DNA of 64,000 nucleotides from Bdellovibrionales bacterium (GCA_965217115.1 OZ244239.1:1600001-1664000), one strand, 5' to 3'. Positions 46,657-57,464 are shown, counted from the stretch's first letter. Notes: generated by a model from the letters alone, not told the origin. Numbers and translations: made by a program.

Positions 46657-48431
46657 AGTGAGTGAGCGAGTTTAAGACCATTTCTGATGGATATTTCTTT
46701 ATCGGGGTCTTGTTGGGTTATTTTTTCTAAGGAATCAACTAAGTGCTGCGACCACTCGGGTGGGTTTGTTGTATGGAGTGTGAGTTCATAGATTTCGAGA
46801 CGAGCCAGCCAATCTTGGGGAAAATCAGTGTCAAGTTCATCTAATGAAGATTTTAAAATAGACTCTTGAGAGTCCAAGTTGTTTGTAGCGCTTGCACTCT
46901 TGGTTCGAACGTCACGGATAACTTGGTAGATATTATGTAGCTGTTGCTGCTTATTTGTGTATTGACGGGGACGGAGAGTTTTAACAGGAGGTGGTTGAAG
47001 CGAAGAGGTGTAGGAGTCAGAGTCGGCAGGGCCACTGTAAACAGAGGAGATATTTTGGCCGAGGGCCATGTCAAAAACCCCCCATTCTGGTTGAAAGAGA
47101 ATTTGATCTTTGTAGCTGACGGAGCATTGCTCAAAGGAGAGGATGAGTAGAGTGTTATTTTTTTTAAGTTTGTTTTTAAGGATACCAGAAACTTGAATAC
47201 CTGATTCAAAATCAAGAAAAATATTTTTCTCCTCGATAAGACCGAGTTTTTCTAATAAATCTACAGGTGCTTTTGAAAGGCATTGAGGGTGGTTTTTTAT
47301 CAATCCAATGGGAGTGCTATAGCCGTGTTGGTGGTATTGAGAGTCGTGGCCCCCTAGTTGTTTATTTTCATAACAAATTTGCGTGGGGCCTTCAAATCGA
47401 AAATAGATAGGTTGATCGTCTTGTTTGAGAAAGTCGACGAGTTTTCCAGATATTTGTAAACCGGTGTTTAGTTCCACTGTATTTATGGATTGAGCGCGTT
47501 GGGCTTCTTCTAATCCCCGTAGGCCGCCGCACGTAAAGGCCATTTTTTCTTTCAAGTCATTGAGGATTTTTGTGAGAGTTTTAAAATCGGGTGTAATAAA
47601 AAGTTGTGGTTGAGGTTCTGTAATATCATAGGCATATTGAAGACAGTCTATAGAAAGGCTGATTTTTTTGACATTTTGTTTTAAACAATCGCGAGATTCT
47701 CCTATGGAGGAGAGCAGGCCAGCTCCAAAGATCTTAGGATTCTCAGTGGAGCCAATCAGGCCGTATTCAGCTGTCCACCAGTTCATACGACTAAGAAGAG
47801 CTGCTTCAGAGATGTATGAGATGTTTTTTGTGATAAAAATAAGATTATCTTCAGCTTGTTTAATTTCTTCGAGTGTTGAGTTAGGATTTTCTTTTAAGTC
47901 TGAAAGAATTCGAATAGCGTCGTATTGTTTTAAGTCTTCGCAGCTAATAAGAGCCTTTTTGGATACTTGAGCATAGTCTTTTAAGTATTTAGCGTATTCA
48001 GGGTTAGAAATAATAGGTGCATGTCCTGCGGCTTCGTGAATAATATCGGGAGATGGAGTGTAATGAATATGATCGAGAGTTCTCATTTCTGCAGCAATGG
48101 GAAGGTAGCCCAATGATTGTAGTTCCATAAAAACAGAAGGGGGTATGAAGCCACTGACAGGAACAGCTTGCCAGCCAAATTTTTTTAGAGCCTTGCTTAT
48201 ATTCTCAACACGTGGAATTTCTTCGGTATCAATTCCTGTTTTTTTCAGACCCTCTTCGTAGGATTCATGGGCGTGAATAGTTAAATAATTTTTTAATTGT
48301 CTTAGTATGTAACGCCAAACAGCTTGATCGATTGGTGTGTAACGAGAGTAGTCCTGAGCGACAACAAATTTTCGCAATCGAAGAGGTAGCTCTTCGTAGT
48401 CCGTGGAAAGTTTTTGTTCTGATGTGGTCAT
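46653..48431 (-). CDS. phhA: Biopterin-dependent aromatic amino acid (phenylalanine) hydroxylase, long form
   Basis: YTPSPDIIHEAAGH, WWTAEYGL, GAGLLSSIGE, ITEPQPQLF. Confidence 0.88.
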   Translation of the reverse strand: MTTSEQKLSTDYEELPLRLRKFVVAQDYSRYTPIDQAVWRYILRQLKNYLTIHAHESYEEGLKKTGIDTEEIPRVENISKALKKFGWQAVPVSGFIPPSVFMELQSLGYLPIAAEMRTLDHIHYTPSPDIIHEAAGHAPIISNPEYAKYLKDYAQVSKKALISCEDLKQYDAIRILSDLKENPNSTLEEIKQAEDNLIFITKNISYISEAALLSRMNWWTAEYGLIGSTENPKIFGAGLLSSIGESRDCLKQNVKKISLSIDCLQYAYDITEPQPQLFITPDFKTLTKILNDLKEKMAFTCGGLRGLEEAQRAQSINTVELNTGLQISGKLVDFLKQDDQPIYFRFEGPTQICYENKQLGGHDSQYHQHGYSTPIGLIKNHPQCLSKAPVDLLEKLGLIEEKNIFLDFESGIQVSGILKNKLKKNNTLLILSFEQCSVSYKDQILFQPEWGVFDMALGQNISSVYSGPADSDSYTSSLQPPPVKTLRPRQYTNKQQQLHNIYQVIRDVRTKSASATNNLDSQESILKSSLDELDTDFPQDWLARLEIYELTLHTTNPPEWSQHLVDSLEKITQQDPDKEISIRNGLKLAHSL

Positions 48432-49447
48432 CTTTGAGTTATTTCCTTGGACAGTAGTGCTTGATTTTTGTTTAGGTGATTCTTAATGTAGTCTTCGATG
48501 GATTTTTCTAAAGGCCATTGAGGAGCTGAAATTCCTTGGTTTTTGAGTTTATTTATGTTGGCTTTTGTGTAGTATTGATAGCGTTCGCGGATATCTGTGG
48601 GAATATCTATCCAATCAATGTTTATGTCTTGCTTCAGCAAGCTGTCAAAGATGCAAGTTGCTAGATCAAGCCATGTTCGAGCTTGTCCAAAACCTAAATT
48701 ATAAATACCTGATTGAGCTTGCCCATCAAGCAATTCAACAACCCAACGGGAAATATCTTTAACATAAACAAAATCTCGCATTTGTTCACCATCAGCATAA
48801 TTATCTCTATGGGATTTGAACAGCTGTAAAGACTGTCTGTCTTTGATCTGATGGAAGGCTTTAAAGACAACGCTGGCCATGTCGTCTTTGTGATATTCGT
48901 TGGGGCCAAAGACGTTGAAAAAGCGCAGACCATACCAGTTGGGGGGGGTGTGAGTTTGTTTGCTAGCCCAACGATCGGATTTGACTTTAGACTCTCCATA
49001 GGGATTGAGAGGCTGTAGTTTTTCGGAGTCGAGAGTGTCGTCAAACCCTAGGTTTCCATCGCCGTAGGTGGCGGCACTGCTTGCGTAGATATAGGGGATA
49101 CTTTGATCAGCACACCAGGAGAACAGGCGATTGGTGTATTGAGTGTTGTTTTCTTCAAGAAAGTCGGTGTCCATTTCAGTTGTTGAGGAGCAGGCCCCCA
49201 TGTGAATAATGGCCTGGATAGTTGAATTGGGTTCAGAGTTTGGCTGGGCTTTTTTATGTAGGCTCTCTTCAAGGTAGGACCAAATTTCGTCTTTTAGGAG
49301 AAATTTATCGTAGTGAAGGCCCTTTAGAAGATTGCGAGTCTCAAGTCCTACGGAATCAATACAGACAATATTTGTGCGATTTTGCTGATTGAGCTCCCAC
49401 ACGATGGCACTACCAATAAATCCGTTTGCTCCCGTAACTAAAATCAT
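48428..49447 (-). CDS. hldD: ADP-L-glycero-D-manno-heptose 6-epimerase
   Basis: VTGANGFIGS, HMGACSSTTE, YASSAATYG, PLNPYGESK, YQYYTKA. Confidence 0.94.
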   Translation of the reverse strand: MILVTGANGFIGSAIVWELNQQNRTNIVCIDSVGLETRNLLKGLHYDKFLLKDEIWSYLEESLHKKAQPNSEPNSTIQAIIHMGACSSTTEMDTDFLEENNTQYTNRLFSWCADQSIPYIYASSAATYGDGNLGFDDTLDSEKLQPLNPYGESKVKSDRWASKQTHTPPNWYGLRFFNVFGPNEYHKDDMASVVFKAFHQIKDRQSLQLFKSHRDNYADGEQMRDFVYVKDISRWVVELLDGQAQSGIYNLGFGQARTWLDLATCIFDSLLKQDINIDWIDIPTDIRERYQYYTKANINKLKNQGISAPQWPLEKSIEDYIKNHLNKNQALLSKEITQR

Positions 49448-49586
49448 GGCTGAATCCTATATCAATCTATTTGATTTAGCAATTAAGAAGGTTATTGTCT
49501 GTTAAATCACTACTCAGGCTCAAGGTCACTTCTCTAAGTAGAAAAGACTACTTCTACGGTCTAAATTCTGCTAATAGAAATAAGCT

Positions 49587-50579
49587 ATGATGGAACGTTT
49601 ATCTATGTTGGTTATTTTATTGATTGTTCTTGCAGGGCAGGGGGCTTTTTTAGGTTCTCTAGGGAGTTTTTTACAGAGCAACAGTGAAATTATTTCGATC
49701 TTAGGTTGGCAGAAAAGCCATGTTCAGAAGATTGATTGGAAGGAGATCAACCGTCAAGTTCGTGAAGAGGAAGGGCCTCGTAGCACGGTTTTTCCCCTAT
49801 GGGCTTATGCAAGTCATGTGCAAGATCCTGAGAATTTAGAAGTGGGTGTGGAATCGGGTGAGGTTTCTGTGGGTAGGCCCTATGTTTGGTTGCGAGTAAA
49901 GGGTTTCTATCGACGAACTTGTCAACAGATACGTCAGGGGTTGAAGCCAGGATCGATGACAGTCTTAGATTTACGAGGCAATCGTGGAGGGCTGGTGAGT
50001 GTGGCTCACTGTGTGATGGAACTCTTTGTCCCTAGGGGAACAAAGCTTTGGAGTTATCGAGATTATCAAACGGGTGAAAGTGTGAGAGTTTTTCTGGCCG
50101 CGCGGAGGATGTTGAGTGCTGATCCTTTGGTTGTTCTTGTAGATGGGCAAACAGCCTCCGTGGCTGAGGTTATGGCAGGTTCCTTGGGTGAATTAAAAAG
50201 AGCTGAGATTGTGGGACGACGTACACAGGGCAAGGGAACGGTTCAAGTTGGATATATGGACTCTAGATGGCGGGGAAGCGTGCATTATCAGACCCGGTAT
50301 CTCTTTGTTTTGCCTTCGGGAAAAGGGTTTCAGTTTCAAGGATGGCAGCCAAGTGTATTGGTTGAAGGTTTTTCATTGAGAGGAAAAGGGGAGAGAGAGG
50401 CTTACAGGGAACATGCTCAATTGGCAGAGAAGCTCTCTGAGTGGAATGATGGTAAAAAATCCAATCTCTCTAAGAGTTCTTCTTGTACCGTGACAAGTTA
50501 TGATAAGACTCAGCCTTATATGTTAGAGGGCTTGTTAAAGAGCGTGCTTGATTGTCAAAATAAGAAAGGCGAGGGATGA
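49587..50579 (+). CDS. S41 family peptidase without evident PDZ domain
   Basis: LDLRGNRGG, TASVAE, TQGKGTVQ. Confidence 0.75.
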   Translation: MMERLSMLVILLIVLAGQGAFLGSLGSFLQSNSEIISILGWQKSHVQKIDWKEINRQVREEEGPRSTVFPLWAYASHVQDPENLEVGVESGEVSVGRPYVWLRVKGFYRRTCQQIRQGLKPGSMTVLDLRGNRGGLVSVAHCVMELFVPRGTKLWSYRDYQTGESVRVFLAARRMLSADPLVVLVDGQTASVAEVMAGSLGELKRAEIVGRRTQGKGTVQVGYMDSRWRGSVHYQTRYLFVLPSGKGFQFQGWQPSVLVEGFSLRGKGEREAYREHAQLAEKLSEWNDGKKSNLSKSSSCTVTSYDKTQPYMLEGLLKSVLDCQNKKGEG

Positions 50580-51253
50580 TTAAAACAAATTTATTTCATT
50601 GTGAATTTATCAGAGCAAAGCGCTCTTCTTCGAGAAACTTGATGATTGTTTTACATGGTCGAGGGGATAGTTTAAAACCTTTTAGGGGTTTTTCTGGAGA
50701 GTTAAAGTTGCCAGAAATGAATTTACTTTTACTCAATGGCCCCCGTCGTTATGCAGGGGGGTATTCTTGGTATTCTCTTGAAAAAAACAAGTCTAAACAT
50801 GTGCGTCAAGTTAGAGAGGATTTGTTTTTACTCCTAGAGGAATTAGAAATTCAGGGTTGGAAATCAAAGAATATATTTCTTTTTGGCTTTTCCCAGGGAT
50901 GCTTGGTCGCTTGTGATTTTGCGATGAATTACTCTAAAACCTTGGGGGGAGTCATAGGGGTGAGTGGTTATTTCCATTTTCCACCAAATTGGCGTGCCCG
51001 TTTGTCTCAGGAGGCCAAAATGACACCCTGGTTAATTACCCATGGTCGTCAGGATGATGTTTTATCTGTGGATGAAACACGTGAGGGAGTTTGTAGGTTG
51101 AGGCGTGCAGGGATTTCAGTTCGTTGGTTAGAGATGGATAAAGAGCATGTGATTGCAGATGGGGAACTGCCTGTTATGCGCCACTGGGTGCGTTATTACA
51201 TAGAGAGGCCTCGATCTTCTCTGCGAGAGGCGGTTATTCCTCTGATGAGTTAG
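50576..51253 (+). CDS. Phospholipase/carboxylesterase (alpha/beta hydrolase)
   Basis: LHGRG, GFSQG, HGRQDDV, EH. Confidence 0.88.
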   Translation: MIKTNLFHCEFIRAKRSSSRNLMIVLHGRGDSLKPFRGFSGELKLPEMNLLLLNGPRRYAGGYSWYSLEKNKSKHVRQVREDLFLLLEELEIQGWKSKNIFLFGFSQGCLVACDFAMNYSKTLGGVIGVSGYFHFPPNWRARLSQEAKMTPWLITHGRQDDVLSVDETREGVCRLRRAGISVRWLEMDKEHVIADGELPVMRHWVRYYIERPRSSLREAVIPLMS

Positions 51254-51434
51254 AGGTGTTGTGTTTCTGTCACATTTCCTTTAAAGCACGCTTAGGTGGC
51301 GGACCTTTTTTATGATGGAAATTCAATGTGTACAGGGAGTTAGGATTGAGTTAAAGTTCTGTTTCTTTGGATAAGCAGCATACGAACAACACCAAAACCA
51401 TTGAAAAAGAAAATATTTATTAAGGAGAATTATT

Positions 51435-53120
51435 ATGAAAGAGACATTAGGTTTTTTGTTGCTCACTTTATCGATCAACTTATGGTCGGGTTCGGTTCAT
51501 GCTTCTCTTGCAGGACTTCCCCAAGCGGCAAAAGAGGCTGATCGCAGTGCAACTTTGAATCTTTATGGTTCGAGCTATCCGAAAACATTGAATCCAGTTA
51601 TTTCATCCACACTTTTGGAGACGACTATTTTGGATTCGATTTTTGAAAGTCTAATGATTCAAGATTTAGATACGGGTGAAATAGAATGTTATCTCTGTAC
51701 AGAGTATAAGTACAGTAAGGACAAAAAATCTGTGACGTTTACTTTGCGTAGAGATGCAAAATTCCATGACGGGAAGCCTTTGACGGCGGAAGATGTGATT
51801 TTTTCTTTTAAAGTTTACATGCACCCTAAGGTGGATAATCTAAATAGAAAATCTCCTCTCTTAGCTACGGTGAAGAGAGTTGAAAAGCTGGGAAAGTACA
51901 AACTAAAAGTTTATTTCAAGGCTGTTCGTTTCAATAATATTATCGGTACAAGTATATATGTTATTCCGAGACACCGTCTCTCCTACTTTGAAAAAAGCCC
52001 AGAGAAGTTTAATAAAGATCAAAAATTTGGTCGTAACCCCATGGGTTCTGGGCCATATAGATTTAAAAAATGGCGAGCAGGTAAGTACGTAGAGATTGTT
52101 CGTAATGATGATTGGTGGGGTTTTAAAGACCCCCGTTTTAAGAACACCTATAATTTTAAGAAAGTTCGATTTAAAATCGTTACAAACGACAACGTAGCTA
52201 TACAGGCTTTTCGTAAGGGAGAGTTTGATTTCATGGGACTCGCATCTTATAATTTTACGGCTTTAAAAGAAGACCTTGCCAGGGGTGAGAAGCTAAAGGT
52301 AAGTCCCCTTCACTTCATACCCAAGATCAGTACATCATTTATGTTTATTTCTTGGAACAGTCGTAAACCAAAGTTTAAAGATGCTAAGACGAGATTGGCA
52401 TTGACGTTATTGACCAATCGCTTTGAGGCGTTGAAAAAGTTCTCTAAGGGTTTAAGACCTCCCACCAACGGCCCCTGGGGAATAAACTCACCCTTTTCTT
52501 GTCCTGAGAAAAAATGTCCTGTTCCTAAATTTGATCCTAAAAAGGCTCAAAAGCTATTGGCAGAAGCTGGTTGGAGAGACTCTGACGGCGATGGAGTTTT
52601 AGATCGCACTGTTGATGGGAAAAAACAAAAATTATCTTTTAGTATTTTAGCTTCTCAGGGAGATTACTATAAAAACGTTCTTGGTGTTTATATGACCGAG
52701 ATGAAGAAGGCTGGAATAGATGTTAAAGCGAAGCAAATGGATTGGACGGCGTTGATTAAGCAAGTAGATGATTTAAAATTCGATTCTTATTTTTCGGGTT
52801 TTTCTCAGAGCTACCCTATATCTCCAAGGTCACTGTGGCACTCGTCAAACACTAAAAAAACAGGTTCTAATAGCTGGAACTTTGTCAGTAAAGAGGCCGA
52901 CAAACTGATTGATCAATTTGAAAAGGAGTTTGACACCAAGAAACGTCAAAAAATCGGTCAAAAGATACATGAAATAATTTACAGGGAACAACCTGTGATC
53001 TTTCATCATGAGGGTGGAGGATGTTATTTTGGTATTAACAAAAAGCTAAAAGGTGTGACTAAGTCTGATTACAGTGATAATTGCCTTTATTGGCCCCGTT
53101 GGTACAAAGCCAAGAAGTAA
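51435..53120 (+). CDS. Peptide ABC transporter substrate-binding protein (family 5)
   Basis: FHDGKPLTAEDV, GSGPYRF. Confidence 0.9.
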   Translation: MKETLGFLLLTLSINLWSGSVHASLAGLPQAAKEADRSATLNLYGSSYPKTLNPVISSTLLETTILDSIFESLMIQDLDTGEIECYLCTEYKYSKDKKSVTFTLRRDAKFHDGKPLTAEDVIFSFKVYMHPKVDNLNRKSPLLATVKRVEKLGKYKLKVYFKAVRFNNIIGTSIYVIPRHRLSYFEKSPEKFNKDQKFGRNPMGSGPYRFKKWRAGKYVEIVRNDDWWGFKDPRFKNTYNFKKVRFKIVTNDNVAIQAFRKGEFDFMGLASYNFTALKEDLARGEKLKVSPLHFIPKISTSFMFISWNSRKPKFKDAKTRLALTLLTNRFEALKKFSKGLRPPTNGPWGINSPFSCPEKKCPVPKFDPKKAQKLLAEAGWRDSDGDGVLDRTVDGKKQKLSFSILASQGDYYKNVLGVYMTEMKKAGIDVKAKQMDWTALIKQVDDLKFDSYFSGFSQSYPISPRSLWHSSNTKKTGSNSWNFVSKEADKLIDQFEKEFDTKKRQKIGQKIHEIIYREQPVIFHHEGGGCYFGINKKLKGVTKSDYSDNCLYWPRWYKAKK

Positions 53121-53138
53121 AAGAGGGTTTTTTAACTT

Positions 53139-54134
53139 ATGTGGACATATATTGCTCGCCGTTTACTTTTAATGATTCCCACGTTTTTTTTAATAACGGC
53201 GATTTCTTTTTTTATTATGCAGCTGGCTCCAGGTGGGCCTTTAGAGGCTAAGCTGCGCAGTGGAGGCGAAGGTGAAAGCTCTGCGGCAATGGTTGTCACC
53301 CAGGAGGCCAAAGAAGCTCTGATGAAGCTCTATGGTTTTGATAAGCCTGTTCATGAGCGTTATTTCAAATGGGTGGGTGATATAGTTACTTTAGATTTTG
53401 GTGAATCTCTCTTTGAATATCGTCCTGTTATAAGTATGATTATCGAAAAATTAGAAGTGGCATTGTTATTTGGAATCACTTCAACGATAGTCTCCTATTT
53501 GGTTTGTATGGTCTTGGGGGTGTTTAAGGCGATCTATCGCGATACGGTTTTTGATCGTATTACGACCATGATTACGTTTGGAACTTACTCAGTGCCTGTG
53601 GTGGTCACTGCTATCGCGTTGATTATTGTATTTTCAGTGAAGTTAGATTTGCTGCCAGTGATTGGTCTTCATGGTGATGATTATGAAGATTTAGACACTT
53701 GGAGTTATTTGGTGGATCTAGCAAAGCACTTTGTTTTGCCTTTTGTGTGTTACGTGATTGGTAACTTTGCGTTCTTAACTGAGTTGCAGAAAAAATCTAT
53801 GCTGGAAGAATTAAACAAGGATTACATTCGCACAGCTCGGGCAAAGGGACTCTCTGAAAAAGTTATTTACTTTAAACATGCCTTTCGCAATGCCTTGATT
53901 CCTATTGTGACAAGTTTGCGAAATATTATGGTGGCTTTTTTAGGAGGGTCGTTCATTGTTGAAATGATTTTTACTATTCCAGGGCTGGGGTATTTGGGGT
54001 TTAATGCTCTATTGAATCGAGATTACCCTGTGATTATGGCTAATTTAACAATCACGGCTATTTTAGGAATGATCTCCATGCTTTTAACAGATATTTTGTA
54101 CACGGTTGTGGATCCACGTATTGATTTCGACTAA
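53139..54134 (+). CDS. Peptide ABC permease (OppB/YejB-like)
   Basis: YIARRLL, LAPGGP, DYIRTARAKGL, VDPRI. Confidence 0.92.
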   Translation: MWTYIARRLLLMIPTFFLITAISFFIMQLAPGGPLEAKLRSGGEGESSAAMVVTQEAKEALMKLYGFDKPVHERYFKWVGDIVTLDFGESLFEYRPVISMIIEKLEVALLFGITSTIVSYLVCMVLGVFKAIYRDTVFDRITTMITFGTYSVPVVVTAIALIIVFSVKLDLLPVIGLHGDDYEDLDTWSYLVDLAKHFVLPFVCYVIGNFAFLTELQKKSMLEELNKDYIRTARAKGLSEKVIYFKHAFRNALIPIVTSLRNIMVAFLGGSFIVEMIFTIPGLGYLGFNALLNRDYPVIMANLTITAILGMISMLLTDILYTVVDPRIDFD

Positions 54135-54147
54135 AGGATAAAGAGAG

Positions 54148-55257
54148 TTGAGACATAAAAAGAAAAGTGAATTTTGGAAACGTTTTAATCGCAATAAACC
54201 TGCGAAGATTTCTTTTTATATTTTTACTGTCATTTTATTAATATCTCTTTTTGCAAATCTTGTTTCTAATGACAGGCCTTTATTAATGTCATATGGGGGG
54301 AATTTGTATTTTCCTGCAGCGATTAAGTATTTACCTAAAGACTTTGGTGAAGAGGGGTTTGTCGTGGATTACTTTGCCATGCATGACAAAATCGCCAAAA
54401 ACGGTTGGGCTATTTGGCCTCCAATTAAACAAAAACCTTTTGAGCAAAACTTAAATTTTGAAAGACTCCCCGCGCGCCCAGGTTCATCGTCTGTTGTTTC
54501 CAAAACAAGTGACTATGAAGGCTATAAGGTCTTTCATATATTGGGAACAGATACGGGGGGAAGGGATTTATTAACTCGCTTGATTTATGGATGCCGTACC
54601 TCTTTGCTAATGGCAACGCTTATTACATTGATTTCTCTCTTGCTTGGAGTGTTTTTAGGGGCGTTGATGGGGTATCGTGGAGGTGTTTTTGACCTTGTTA
54701 TAGGGCGGGTTTTAGAGACGATAGGTTATTTTCCAGTGATCTTTTTAATGATTATCTTAGTGGCATTTATCGAAGACCCCAGCAATTCTTATATTATAGG
54801 GATTTTTTCAATTTTAGGTTTGTCGCCGTTTGCTTTTTATATGCGAGGGCAAGTTCTTAAGGTTAGAAAAATGACATACATTGAAGCGGCCCATGCTTTG
54901 GGACAGAGTGATTTTAAAATTATGTTTAGTCATATTTTACCAAATGCCATAAGCCCTATTTTGGTTTTAGTTCCTTTTACAATCACGGGAAATATTACGG
55001 CTTTGGCGACAATTGATTTCTTAGGTTTTGGAGTGCAACCTCCAACGTCAAGTCTCGGATTGATTTTACGTTCGGGCTATGATGATTTAGCAAATCGTTG
55101 GTGGTTAATAGCCTCATCCTCAGTCGTGTTAGTTGTGATTCTTTTGTTGGTAAATTTTATCGGTGAGGGAGCAAGAGATGGTGTTGATCCTAGGGCTAAT
55201 ATCACGGAAAAAGTTATTGATGATCTGGAAAAGAAAGAAAGGTTAGCCCATGCATAA
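54148..55257 (+). CDS. Peptide ABC permease (OppC/YejE-like)
   Basis: LGTDTGGRD, YIEAA, HILPN, GEGARD. Confidence 0.92.
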   Translation: MRHKKKSEFWKRFNRNKPAKISFYIFTVILLISLFANLVSNDRPLLMSYGGNLYFPAAIKYLPKDFGEEGFVVDYFAMHDKIAKNGWAIWPPIKQKPFEQNLNFERLPARPGSSSVVSKTSDYEGYKVFHILGTDTGGRDLLTRLIYGCRTSLLMATLITLISLLLGVFLGALMGYRGGVFDLVIGRVLETIGYFPVIFLMIILVAFIEDPSNSYIIGIFSILGLSPFAFYMRGQVLKVRKMTYIEAAHALGQSDFKIMFSHILPNAISPILVLVPFTITGNITALATIDFLGFGVQPPTSSLGLILRSGYDDLANRWWLIASSSVVLVVILLLVNFIGEGARDGVDPRANITEKVIDDLEKKERLAHA

Positions 55258-55322
55258 GGACCATTTATCATCTCAGAAGATGGTGTTGAATTGCTGTAAG
55301 TTATTGAAATTGGATTTTGTGT

Positions 55323-56315
55323 ATGAGTGAGAAAATTTTAGAGATTAAAAATTTAGAGACAGTTTTTTACACCGAAAAGGGCATTGTTCGTGCTGTCGAT
55401 GGAGTGTCTTTTGATGTTAAACCAGGAAAAACTCTAGGTATCGTTGGTGAATCAGGCTGTGGAAAATCAGTGACATCTCTATCGATTATGGGTTTAGTGA
55501 TGCCTCCAGCGGGTAAAATCCGTGGTGGAGAAATTTTATTCCATGGTACAAATGAGACTAACCAGAATAGCACAAAGGATTTGTTAAAATTTTCTCAGGA
55601 TGAAATGCGCAATGTGCGTGGAAAAGATATCTCTATGATTTTTCAAGAGCCGATGACCTCTTTGAATCCTGTTTACAGAGTAGGGGATCAAATATCTGAA
55701 GTGTTTATTCTTCATTATGGAGCTACGAAAAAAGAGGCATGGGATCGTTCAATAGAAATGCTACAAAAGGTGGGAATTCCATCGCCTGAGGAAAGAGTAA
55801 ATGATTACCCCCACTCTCTTTCGGGAGGGATGAGACAACGGGTGATGATTGCAATGGCTCTTGCTTGTCGTCCAAAAATTTTGATTTGTGATGAGCCGAC
55901 AACAGCCTTAGACGTAACGATTCAGGCACAAATATTAGACTTAATGAGAAAACTTCAAGAAGAAGAGGACATGGCTATAATTTTTATTAGTCATGATTTA
56001 GGAGTGATTGCCGATCTTTGCGATGATGTGATGGTGATGTATTCGGGTAAAACGGTAGAATTTTCAGAGACAAAGAGCTTATATCGAAACCCTAGTCATC
56101 CGTACACAAAGGCTTTGTTGCAATCGATTCCTCGTTTGGGACAGAACCCTGATGAAGAGTTGAGGACAATACCTGGCTTGGTTCCGAGCTTATTGGAGCT
56201 TCCACGGGGTTGTCATTTTGCCGATCGCTGCTCCTATGTTAAGAGTGAGTGTCGTCAGGAATTACCACCTTTGAGAAAGAAAGATGATGGACATTTGGTG
56301 AGATGTATTTTGTGA
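55323..56315 (+). CDS. oppD: Peptide ABC ATPase (OppD-like)
   Basis: [32 protein letters not shown]. Confidence 0.9.
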   Translation: MSEKILEIKNLETVFYTEKGIVRAVDGVSFDVKPGKTLGIVGESGCGKSVTSLSIMGLVMPPAGKIRGGEILFHGTNETNQNSTKDLLKFSQDEMRNVRGKDISMIFQEPMTSLNPVYRVGDQISEVFILHYGATKKEAWDRSIEMLQKVGIPSPEERVNDYPHSLSGGMRQRVMIAMALACRPKILICDEPTTALDVTIQAQILDLMRKLQEEEDMAIIFISHDLGVIADLCDDVMVMYSGKTVEFSETKSLYRNPSHPYTKALLQSIPRLGQNPDEELRTIPGLVPSLLELPRGCHFADRCSYVKSECRQELPPLRKKDDGHLVRCIL

Positions 56316-56345
56316 ACATAAATAAAATAAAATGAGATAAAAATT

Positions 56346-57326
56346 ATGAGTCAATTCTTGTTAGAAGTAAAAAATTTAAAAAAGCACTTTCCTATTAAGG
56401 GAGGGATTTTTATGCGTGAAGTGGCAAATGTTCACGCTGTAGATGGCATCTCTTTTTCTCTGCGTAAAGGGGAGACCCTAGGTGTGGTTGGAGAGTCTGG
56501 CTGTGGTAAGTCCACTTTAGGAAAGACATTGTTAAAGCTTCATAGCATTACCGAGGGGGAAGTTTTTTTTGAAGGCAAAAATATAACAGAGCTTTCAAGA
56601 GATGAAATACGCCCCTTAAGAGGTGATATGCAAATTATTTTTCAAGATCCTTTTTTTTCGTTAAACCCTCGTCACACGATCCAACAAATTATGTTAGAGC
56701 CTTTAGGAATTCATGGTATTGGAAATGATGAAAATGAGAAAATTAAAATAGCTAGTGAGATTTTAGAAACATGTGGCCTGCGTGCGGAAACGTCATTAGA
56801 TCGTTATCCCCATGAATTTTCGGGCGGGCAGAGGCAGAGGATAGGAATTGCTCGCGCATTGGTTTTAAATCCTAAATTAATTATTGCTGATGAGCCAGTT
56901 TCGGCTTTAGATGTTTCAGTTCAATCGCAAATTTTGAATCTTCTTAAGAAATTACAAAAAGACTTTGATTTAACGTATATATTTATTTCCCATGATTTGG
57001 CGGTGGTTCAGTATATAAGCTCCCATATATTGGTGATGTACTTGGGGCAGGTGGTGGAATATACAGACAGAGAGAGCTTGTATAAAAACACGATGCATCC
57101 CTATACCAAGGCTCTTGTGTCGGCGATTCCCGTGCCTGATCCTGAAGCTAATATTGAGCGCATTGTGCTTGAGGGGGATGTCCCAAGTCCTATTGATCCC
57201 CCGAATGGTTGTCGATTTCATCCTCGTTGCCCTCAAGCGATGGAGCTGTGTAAAAGTAAGGTTCCTGAGTTGAGGGATTTTGGGGGTGGGGATGGGTTTC
57301 AGTGGGTTGCATGTCATTTGTATTGA
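56346..57326 (+). CDS. oppF: Peptide ABC ATPase (OppF-like)
   Basis: [33 protein letters not shown]. Confidence 0.9.
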   Translation: MSQFLLEVKNLKKHFPIKGGIFMREVANVHAVDGISFSLRKGETLGVVGESGCGKSTLGKTLLKLHSITEGEVFFEGKNITELSRDEIRPLRGDMQIIFQDPFFSLNPRHTIQQIMLEPLGIHGIGNDENEKIKIASEILETCGLRAETSLDRYPHEFSGGQRQRIGIARALVLNPKLIIADEPVSALDVSVQSQILNLLKKLQKDFDLTYIFISHDLAVVQYISSHILVMYLGQVVEYTDRESLYKNTMHPYTKALVSAIPVPDPEANIERIVLEGDVPSPIDPPNGCRFHPRCPQAMELCKSKVPELRDFGGGDGFQWVACHLY

Positions 57327-57337
57327 TTTTGGCAAGG

Positions 57338-57464
57338 GGCTGAGCTTTTTAAGCCGCCTTCTATTATTTATCTCAGACATGCGGTTGGCAGCAGTGCTCG
57401 CTCTGCGAGCACTGCACCAATCCGAACTCGATAAAGAATAGAAGGCGGCTTAAAAAGCTCAGCC
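57338..57464. repeat. Long hairpin element B (127 bp)
   Basis: Perfect 28-bp arms (57338-57365 / 57437-57464); inner 11-bp stem GCAGTGCTCGC-TCT-GCGAGCACTGC; motifs CTCAGACA (57372-57379) and AACTCG (57425-57430). Confidence 0.92.
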
